Source: a virus
Taxonomy: Duplodnaviria > Caudoviricetes
Length of the DNA: 55,381 nt
Reading direction: 5' to 3' (one strand)
Virus record (IMG/VR): IMGVR_UViG_3300044644_001874
Coordinates: 1-55,381 of that record
Positions 1-7,282 of the stretch are shown here, piece by piece. Positions within the stretch are counted from its first letter, which is position 1. Every line of letters begins with the position of its first letter. The notes under the pieces were generated by a model, which did not search any database, was not told the origin of the DNA, and saw nothing but the letters and a program-made list of their open reading frames with translations. Position numbers and translations under genes: made by a program.

Positions 1-2780
1 GTTCCTGTCGTACCGCTAGTACCAGATGTTCCGCTAGTTCCTGAAGTTCCTGAAGTACCAGTCGTCCCTGATGTTCCACTAGTTCCTGTTGTACCGCTAG
101 TACCTGAAGTACCAGTTGTTCCACTAGTTCCTGATGTTCCGCTAGTTCCTGTTGTTCCGCTAGTACCAGATGTTCCATCTATTCCGCTAGTTCCTGAAGA
201 ACCTGAAGTTCCACTAGTTCCATCTATTCCGCTAGTACCTGACGTTCCGCTAGTACCTGAAGTACCAGTTGTTCCTGATGTTCCGCTAGTTCCTGAAGTT
301 CCGTGTGTTCCTGAAGAACCTGAAGTTCCACTAGTTCCATCTATTCCGCTAGTTCCCGAAGAACCTGAAGTTCCTGAAGAACCTGAAGTTCCACTAGTTC
401 CATCTATTCCGCTAGTACCCGATGTTCCGTGTGTTCCTGAAGAACCTGAAGTTCCACTAGTTCCATCTATTCCGCTAGTTCCTGAAGAACCTGAAGTTCC
501 ACTAGTTCCATCTATTCCGCTAGTACCCGATGTTCCGTGTGTTCCTGAAGTACCAGATGTTCCGCTAGTTCCTGAGGTACCAGTTGTACCTGATGTTCCA
601 CTAGTACCAGTTGTTCCACTAGTTCCGCTAGTACCTGAAGTACCAGTTGTTCCACTAGTTCCTGATGTTCCGCTAGTTCCTGTTGTACCGCTAGTACCAG
701 ATGTTCCGCTAGTTCCTGAAGTTCCGTGTGTTCCTGAAGAACCTGAAGTTCCACTAGTTCCTGATGTTCCGCTAGTTCCTGAAGTTCCACTAGTTCCATC
801 TATTCCGCTAGTACCCGATGTTCCGTGTGTTCCTGAAGTACCAGATGTTCCGCTAGTTCCTGTTGTACCGCTAGTTCCTGAAGTTCCACTAGTTCCTGAA
901 GAACCTGAAGTTCCACTAGTTCCGTCTATTCCGCTAGTTCCTGAAGAACCTGAAGTTCCGCTAGTTCCGTCTATTCCGCTAGTTCCTGAAGAACCTGAAG
1001 TTCCACTAGTTCCGTCTATTCCGCTAGTTCCTGAAGAACCTGAAGTTCCGCTAGTTCCGTCTATTCCGCTAGTCCCTGATGAACCTGAAGTTCCACTAGT
1101 TCCGTCTATTCCACTAGTTCCTGAAGAACCTGAAGTTCCACTAGTTCCGTCTATTCCACTAGTTCCTGAAGAACCTGAAGTTCCATCTATTCCGCTAGTT
1201 CCTGAAGAACCTGAAGTTCCACTAGTTCCTGAAGTTCCGTCTATTCCGCTAGTTCCCGAAGAACCTGAAGTTCCACTAGTTCCATCTGTACCGCTAGTTC
1301 CTGAAGAACCTGAAGTTCCATCTATTCCGCTAGTCCCTGAGGTACCAGTTGTTCCGCTAGTTCCTGAGGTACCAGTTGTTCCGCTAGTTCCTGAAGAACC
1401 TGAAGTTCCGTCTATTCCGCTAGTCCCTGAGGTACCAGTTGTACCGCTAGTTCCTGAAGTTCCGTCTATTCCGCTAGTACCCGATGTTCCGTGTGTTCCT
1501 GAAGAACCTGAAGTTCCATCTATTCCGCTAGTTCCTGAGGTACCAGATGTTCCTGAAATACCTGAAGTTCCGCTAGTTCCTGACGATCCATCAGTACCAT
1601 CAACTCCACTTATACCGCTAGATCCAGATGTTCCAGAGATTCCTGAAGTACCACTTGTTCCATCAGTTCCACTAGTTCCTGAAGTACCAGATGTTCCGCT
1701 AGATCCAGATGTACCAGTTGTTCCTGAAGAACCAGATGTACCTGATGAACCACTAGTTCCTGATGAACCATTAGTACCATCAACTCCACTTATTCCGCTA
1801 GATCCAGATGTTCCGTCAGTTCCTGATGTGCCACTTGTTCCTCCAGTTCCTGATGTACCACTTGTTCCTCCAGTTCCTGAAGTTCCACTAGTACCCGAGG
1901 TACCACTTGAACAACATGTACCAGTTATTGTTACAGTGATGTTTCCATCACCGTCGTTTGTTACTGAGGCTCCACTAAATGTAATTCCTGAAACATTAGT
2001 TACCGGTGTTCCACCGTCTCCAACGGATAAGGCCGATCCAGACCCTGAAGTTATACCTGTAATTGATACTACACTACCATCACTATTATTAAGAGATAAC
2101 GTTGAAGTACCACTATTATAAGTTCCTCCCGTTACCGTTCCTGTAAATCCTGTGATAGTCACAGTTCCTCCGTAATTATCACGCAAATCTAAAGATGTTG
2201 TTGCCGAAAAATATGTACCACCTGTTATGATAGTATCGTTTAAGTCAGCAATTCTCCATCTCGCATTTTCTCTTGTAACACCACTAACACCTTCAATTGT
2301 TGAACCTGTCCAAGCGTTTTGGAAAGCTTGTCCACCTGCCTCTGTGTTCAAAACTTGATATCCTGTTGAAAATTCAAAGATGTCTCCATCCGCTAAAGCA
2401 ACATTCCACAATGACTCGTAGTTAGGTATGGTATATTGATATGTTTGCTGAGTTTCTTGCACAAACACCAACATTCCCAATCTTCTTCTACCTGAAGAAA
2501 TTCCGTCATTATTCAAATCTAATTGACTTATTATCGGGGCTGGTCCGTCTCCTCCATAATTGAATGAAATAGGGATACTATTACCTGAATATAACACATA
2601 TCCACCGTCTATTTTTGTTTGTTCGGGTATCTGCCAATTTAAGTCTGAAAGACTCCAAACTTCCATGTAACCACCTATGCTATCAACACTAAAGTTAGTG
2701 CCTGTATCAGAATCTCTTAAAACCGAATTAGGTCCTGTAAGTAGTGTTCCTGATGTTGGATTTTTATATTCGAAACTCAT
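1..2780 (-). CDS. Collagen-like (Gly-X-Y)n fibre protein, partial (C-terminus beyond the window edge); N-terminal domain of about 290 aa followed by about 212 G-T-S type triplets
   Basis: Not in the ORF track because no stop lies in the window. ATG at 2780 gives MSFEYKNPTSGTLLTGPNSVLRDSD...SGRRRLGMLVFVQETQQTY...NITVTITGTCCSSGTSGTSGTSGTGG. The Gly register at 1904 matches the register at position 5 (1899 nt = 211 x 9). Confidence 0.9.
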   Translation of the reverse strand, partial: MSFEYKNPTSGTLLTGPNSVLRDSDTGTNFSVDSIGGYMEVWSLSDLNWQIPEQTKIDGGYVLYSGNSIPISFNYGGDGPAPIISQLDLNNDGISSGRRRLGMLVFVQETQQTYQYTIPNYESLWNVALADGDIFEFSTGYQVLNTEAGGQAFQNAWTGSTIEGVSGVTRENARWRIADLNDTIITGGTYFSATTSLDLRDNYGGTVTITGFTGTVTGGTYNSGTSTLSLNNSDGSVVSITGITSGSGSALSVGDGGTPVTNVSGITFSGASVTNDGDGNITVTITGTCCSSGTSGTSGTSGTGGTSGTSGTGGTSGTSGTDGTSGSSGISGVDGTNGSSGTSGSSGTSGSSGTTGTSGSSGTSGTSGTSGTDGTSGTSGISGTSGSSGISGVDGTDGSSGTSGTSGISGTSGTSGTSGIDGTSGSSGTHGTSGTSGIDGTSGTSGTTGTSGTSGIDGTSGSSGTSGTTGTSGTSGTTGTSGTSGIDGTSGSSGTSGTDGTSGTSGSSGTSGIDGTSGTSGTSGSSGTSGIDGTSGSSGTSGIDGTSGTSGSSGTSGIDGTSGTSGSSGTSGIDGTSGTSGSSGTSGIDGTSGTSGSSGTSGIDGTSGTSGSSGTSGIDGTSGTSGSSGTSGTSGTSGTTGTSGTSGTSGTHGTSGTSGIDGTSGTSGTSGTSGTSGTSGSSGTHGTSGTSGTSGTSGTTGTSGTSGTSGTTGTSGTSGTSGTTGTSGTSGTTGTSGTSGTSGTSGTHGTSGTSGIDGTSGTSGSSGTSGIDGTSGTSGSSGTHGTSGTSGIDGTSGTSGSSGTSGSSGTSGIDGTSGTSGSSGTHGTSGTSGTSGTTGTSGTSGTSGTSGIDGTSGTSGSSGTSGIDGTSGTSGTTGTSGTSGTSGTTGTSGTSGTTGTSGTSGTTGTSGTSGTSGTSGTSGTTG
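3..1904 (-). repeat. Coding 9-nt-period repeat (GTS/GSS/GID/GTT/GTH triplets) with a higher-order 45-nt unit in six copies at about 901-1170
   Basis: Plus-strand units such as gttccgcta, gttcctgaa and gaacctgaa. The 45-nt unit gaacctgaagttcc(a/g)ctagttccgtctattcc(g/a)ctagttcctgaa starts at 901, 946, 991, 1036, 1081 and 1126. Confidence 0.95.
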
Positions 2781-2808
2781 TTTTTTCTTTTTTTTTTATT
2801 TATAAATC

Positions 2809-4707
2809 TTATGTTAGTGTTCCACCTCTATAGTACTGTGGTAAATTTCCAGTTAATGGCCTAAATTCAGTTCCAGTAATTGATGAATACATTTTATAAA
2901 CCCCTGGAGGTATCGTTGTACCACTATAATTAATAACTAACCCAAGATAAGTCGCAGGTAGGGTTAACGTAGTTGTTGCAGCGGCGGTAGGACCATAATT
3001 TATTGTTGAATATGTTTGACCATTCGTTGCCGCAGTGGATACAAACCAGGTAACGAATGCATTGGTTCCTGAGAAAGATCCTGTAGGTAAAACCGCTGTT
3101 TGGAATTTATATGCCTGTATAGCTTGTCCTTGAAGGTCTGTTCCAACTGACGTTGAAGTAATACCTGTAATCACAATTGCCGGATTATAAACCCCCCATC
3201 CTGTATAACTAAGATAAGCATTCATTTGAGAATCAAATGTTGATTGTACAGTGCTTGGTGTTGAACTGCCCGCAACATTAAATCCTTTGAAAGTACTTCC
3301 TTGAGCGGTCATCCAAGCATTTAAGTTATTTCTTGGTGCCGCAGCTCCTTGGTCAATAAATGCATAAGCAAATAATGGTTGATTAGTAGGTGTAGGTGAA
3401 GGGGTATTAGTTGGTGTTGTTGTATTAGTTGGTGTCTGTGTTTGTGTTACCGTTGGAGTATTTGTTGGCGTCTCAGTAGGAGTTGAAGTTACAGTCGCAG
3501 TTTGAGTAGGAGTTGCCGTCTCAGTAGGAGTTGCAGTAGCCGTTGGTGTAGGAGTTTCAGTAGATGTTGCAGTTACGGTTGGTGTAGGAGTTTCAGTCGC
3601 CGTAGCAGTTACTGTTGCAGTATTAGTTGGAGTAGGTGTTGATGTTGCAGTTTCAGTAGGTGTTGGAGTTAAAGTCGCAGTCGCCGTTGCAGTAACACTT
3701 GGTGTAGGTGTATTTGTTGGAGTTTCGGTTGGTGTATTTGTAGGTGTTTCAGTTGGTGTCGATGTAGGAGTTTCAGTATTAGTAGGAGTATTGGTTGGAG
3801 TTTCGGTTGGTGTATTTGTAGGTGTCTCCGTATTGGTTGGAGTAGGCGTGCTTGTTTCTGTCGCCGTCAAACTTGGTGTTGGCGTATTAGTTGGAGTTGG
3901 TGTTTCAGTTGGAGTTTCGGTATTTGTCGGAGTTTGAGTACTAGTATTTGTAGGCGTGTTAGTTGGAGTTTCGGTTGGTGTCGATGTAGGAGTTTCAGTA
4001 TTTGTAGGTGTATTAGTTGGAGTTTCGGTTGGTGTATTTGTAGGTGTCTCCGTATTTGTAGGCGTGTTAGTTGGAGTTTCAGTTGGTGTAGATGTTGGAG
4101 TTTCAGTATTTGTTGGAGTTTGAGTTGTAGTGTTTGTAGGTGTATTAGTTGGTGTTTCTGATGGAGTATTTGTCGGTGTCGAAGTCTGAGTAGCAGTATT
4201 AGTAGGCGTATTTGTTGGTGTCTCAGTTGGAGTTTGAGTAGCAGTGTTTGTTGGCGTATTGGTTGGTGTAGGCGTATTTGTTGGTGTCTCAGTTGGAGTT
4301 GTAGTCGGAGTTGGAGTACTTGTCGCAGTATTAGTTGGAGTTGGTGAAGACGTAGCCGATGGTGTTCCCGTTGGTGTTTCACTAGGTGTCTGTGTCGGCG
4401 TTTCAGTTGGAGTAGGCGATGTTCCAACTGTTGCAGTTGGAGATGGTGTTAATGAAGGTGTTGGTGTTACTGTTGGTGTTGGCGTTACACACGCCAAAGA
4501 AACGACAATACCATTGAACATTTCATTTCTCGTAGCAGCAGAATAATAGATTACATCATCAACAAAAATGTTGAATGGTCCCAAAGCGTTTGAATTAGAT
4601 GCCAATCTAACTATATATGAAGTACAACCAGTTACTGTTAGTTGTTGTTCAATTTCCGTAGAGCACCCGGGTGCGTTGTTCGTGACTAAAATAGAATATA
4701 TGGACAT
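2809..4707 (-). CDS. Thr/Pro-rich stalk protein (about 73-aa Cys-containing N-domain, about 370-aa TPT[N/E/S]TPT stalk, about 190-aa C-terminal domain); probable virion appendage
   Basis: 632-aa ORF with mucin-like repeats, located in the distal tail cluster and preceded by a TATTTAT motif. Confidence 0.8.
   Translation of the reverse strand: MSIYSILVTNNAPGCSTEIEQQLTVTGCTSYIVRLASNSNALGPFNIFVDDVIYYSAATRNEMFNGIVVSLACVTPTPTVTPTPSLTPSPTATVGTSPTPTETPTQTPSETPTGTPSATSSPTPTNTATSTPTPTTTPTETPTNTPTPTNTPTNTATQTPTETPTNTPTNTATQTSTPTNTPSETPTNTPTNTTTQTPTNTETPTSTPTETPTNTPTNTETPTNTPTETPTNTPTNTETPTSTPTETPTNTPTNTSTQTPTNTETPTETPTPTNTPTPSLTATETSTPTPTNTETPTNTPTETPTNTPTNTETPTSTPTETPTNTPTETPTNTPTPSVTATATATLTPTPTETATSTPTPTNTATVTATATETPTPTVTATSTETPTPTATATPTETATPTQTATVTSTPTETPTNTPTVTQTQTPTNTTTPTNTPSPTPTNQPLFAYAFIDQGAAAPRNNLNAWMTAQGSTFKGFNVAGSSTPSTVQSTFDSQMNAYLSYTGWGVYNPAIVITGITSTSVGTDLQGQAIQAYKFQTAVLPTGSFSGTNAFVTWFVSTAATNGQTYSTINYGPTAAATTTLTLPATYLGLVINYSGTTIPPGVYKMYSSITGTEFRPLTGNLPQYYRGGTLT
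3382..4489 (-). repeat. Coding low-complexity repeat, (T-P-T-N/E/S/Q)n and T-x-T
   Basis: Recurring [20 protein letters not shown] and TATATETPT motifs in the translation. Confidence 0.9.
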
Positions 4708-4814
4708 CCGAGGTTTTTATTAAATAAATACCACAAGTATTCTATTTGATTTCTTATATTATGAAAATTAGATGGGAATATTTTTTTTGGCTAAACTAAA
4801 ACAATGTCACAGTT

Positions 4815-5150
4815 CTAATCCGTAGTGTAAATTGAAAAATTACAATTAGACTCTTGGATGTCAATGTTAACAATACAAGATGCTAATTCAATTGTAATTT
4901 CGAAATCACATCCAAAAGTACATTGTAATATTTTGAATACTTCACAATTGTTACTGTCAACCATTTTCAACATGATTTCAGGAGCCGTTGAAAAAATCGA
5001 TGGTATTGTGGTATTATATTCTACCACAGGAGGAACTGGCCCCGAAGATATAGTACCTAATAGTGTTTGATTGTTTCCATATACATCTGATATGTAAACA
5101 CTTATAGGGTATGTACCTCCCGATATTTCTGTAATTCTTACCTGATTCAT
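4815..5150 (-). CDS. Small Cys-containing protein with one SprB-like repeat; probable tail component
   Basis: Start reassigned to the ATG at 5150, which overlaps the upstream stop as ATGA. The motifs ISGGTYPISVY and MVDSNNC resemble the repeats of the upstream gene. Confidence 0.65.
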   Translation of the reverse strand: MNQVRITEISGGTYPISVYISDVYGNNQTLLGTISSGPVPPVVEYNTTIPSIFSTAPEIMLKMVDSNNCEVFKILQCTFGCDFEITIELASCIVNIDIQESNCNFSIYTTD

Positions 5151-7282
5151 GATAAACAAATTATATCGTAGTTTATAATCAAGTCGATGACAATTTCTTG
5201 ACCCTCGAGGGAAGTATTATTTCTACTTGTTTCGATTGTTATTTGATTATTTAGTTGGTCGATAATCACGTTACCAACACCTGGAATTCCTAATAACAAA
5301 GTTCGAATAGTATCATACCACTGATTATCTGTTGGAACCTGAACTAATGATGTCGATGTAAAGAAATTTTGGCTAGCAATTATACCTGAAGGATTTACGG
5401 AAACTTTGGCAGTAAATACCGCATTTATTAAGTCACAATTTGTATTCTCCGATGTCAAATCAAAAAATCCTTCATTTAACATTTGTAATAAACCAAACTT
5501 GGTCGGTGATTCTATGTTAAATACCTCAGCCCCCATCACATAAGTTTGATATGATGTTGAGTTTGTACTACAAGTTATTGTGGTATTTCTTGTTAATGAA
5601 CATCCATTACTGTCTACTACAGTCAAAAAATAAGTGCCACCAGTTAATCCACTCACTTGTATTTGTTGCGGTTCATTTGGCACATTGTCTGACCAATTAA
5701 AACTGAATGGTGGTTCACCTGAGGTTATGAACGCGGTAATTTTACCACTAGATCCACTGCCACAAGAAGTACTATATAAAGTATAGTTTAATGGTTGACT
5801 ACTTGGTACTAAAATGTTTGTAGTTTGAACACATCCATCCGCGTCAGTTACAGTAACAACATGAGTACCTGAAGTTAAATTATTGAATGTGACCGCAGTT
5901 AAATTTGTATCTATTACATTTTGAATTCCGTCAACAGAATAATCTAATGGTAAAGTTCCTCCACTTGTTGTGAAAATTGTAACCGACCCATTATTTTGAT
6001 TACAACTCGTGCCCACTACTTGAGTTGAAATAGTGTATTTATTTTGAGCGACTAAATTCACTTCTTGTAAATAAGAACATCCACTATTGTCGGTAACACC
6101 TACGGTATATGTACCCCCACTTAGATTTCCAAATATTTGAGTACTCTGGGAATTACTTATATTCAACTGATTACCCGTTGGGCTAATCAAAGTATATGTA
6201 TATGGTATTGTTCCTCCAACCACATTTATAGTAATCGAACCGTTATTACTTGAACAAGTCGAATTTTGTCCTTGAACTGAAACACTTGTTATTCCTCCAG
6301 GTGTTTCAAGAGTTGTTCCCGCAAACATTTGACACAAACCCGCGTCTGTCACTTGAAAGTTATATTGTCCTGCGGATAATCCTGAAATTGAAAAAGTTCT
6401 TGAATAAGATACCAATACATTACCAGTAGATGCCGAATAATAGAATGGAGCAGTACCACCTGTAATGGTTAAGTTAATTACCCCATTGGACTGAAGACAT
6501 GTCGGAGCGGTAGAAGTGAATACTCCAAACCCAATCGGATTCACATTGGTAATTGTTGCCGATTTGGTCAATGAACAACCATAAGCGTCAGTGACATCAA
6601 CAGAATAATTACCCGAAGTTAATCCTGTAATCGTACTACCAGTTTGTCCATTACTCCACAAATAACTATAAGGAGATAGACCTGTTTGTCCTGTCACAAA
6701 AATTTTACCTATTGGAGTTCCACCACAACTTGAGTTTGGTACAACATACAATCCATAATCTAAACTTTCAGATTCTTGGACTATAAATGTCGGAGTAAAT
6801 GCCGTACATCCTCCCAAATCAGTTACACCTAAATAATATGTTCCAGCGCTTAATCCACCAAAAACAACCGCATCTGTATTAGTTATTGCAGAGGTTAGAT
6901 AATTGTCATTAATATCAAACAAAGAAAAACTGGTTGATGAATATAAAGATGTTGACGAACCTGTAACAGATCCATTATTGACTCCACAAGTTGTATTTTG
7001 AACCGCAGTTACTGATCCACATACTCCACTAGAAATTGGGATATTAACTAAAAACTCGCTGTTTACAGGTAAAGTACTATCGTTTACTCTAATTTGATAA
7101 ACATTACTTGCCAACCCTACCAAAGATGCAGGTTGTGCCACAATAGTTTGAGATGGATAAGACGGAGTAATAAACTCTATTGTATACGGTGGCGTTCCCG
7201 CACTAACAAATAGATTGAATGCCCCCGAATTATTATTAGAGCAATCACCTGTTACCGTTATATTATAATTTAATACCGCCAT
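5147..7282 (-). CDS. SprB-repeat (Bacteroidota adhesin-type beta-sandwich repeat) protein
   Basis: Six clear repeats of about 80 aa plus one degenerate repeat, pattern TC...NGSITI.V.GGT.PY.Y...LS.G.Y.V.VTD..GC (VTDLGGC, VTDAYGC, VTDAGLC, VTDNSGC, VTDADGC, VVDSNGC). Confidence 0.8.
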   Translation of the reverse strand: MAVLNYNITVTGDCSNNNSGAFNLFVSAGTPPYTIEFITPSYPSQTIVAQPASLVGLASNVYQIRVNDSTLPVNSEFLVNIPISSGVCGSVTAVQNTTCGVNNGSVTGSSTSLYSSTSFSLFDINDNYLTSAITNTDAVVFGGLSAGTYYLGVTDLGGCTAFTPTFIVQESESLDYGLYVVPNSSCGGTPIGKIFVTGQTGLSPYSYLWSNGQTGSTITGLTSGNYSVDVTDAYGCSLTKSATITNVNPIGFGVFTSTAPTCLQSNGVINLTITGGTAPFYYSASTGNVLVSYSRTFSISGLSAGQYNFQVTDAGLCQMFAGTTLETPGGITSVSVQGQNSTCSSNNGSITINVVGGTIPYTYTLISPTGNQLNISNSQSTQIFGNLSGGTYTVGVTDNSGCSYLQEVNLVAQNKYTISTQVVGTSCNQNNGSVTIFTTSGGTLPLDYSVDGIQNVIDTNLTAVTFNNLTSGTHVVTVTDADGCVQTTNILVPSSQPLNYTLYSTSCGSGSSGKITAFITSGEPPFSFNWSDNVPNEPQQIQVSGLTGGTYFLTVVDSNGCSLTRNTTITCSTNSTSYQTYVMGAEVFNIESPTKFGLLQMLNEGFFDLTSENTNCDLINAVFTAKVSVNPSGIIASQNFFTSTSLVQVPTDNQWYDTIRTLLLGIPGVGNVIIDQLNNQITIETSRNNTSLEGQEIVIDLIINYDIICLS

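Noticed and set aside
1-1904. Possible CRISPR array or non-coding satellite
   Set aside because: There are no unique spacers, the period is a multiple of 3, and the variation is largely synonymous within one open frame.
512-2121. Track ORFs 512-799 (-) and 1828-2121 (+) with ELVELQ and VPLVP repeats
   Set aside because: They are alternative-frame and antisense shadows of the Gly-X-Y repeat gene.
1-4489. Ice-nucleation protein call for the Thr/Ser/Gly repeats
   Set aside because: The InaZ 16-residue AGYGSTxTA repeat is absent and the TxT stretch is Pro-rich, which argues against a beta-helix.
3867-4546. Track ORFs 3867-4427, 3934-4161 and 4244-4546
   Set aside because: They are shadows of the Thr/Pro repeat.
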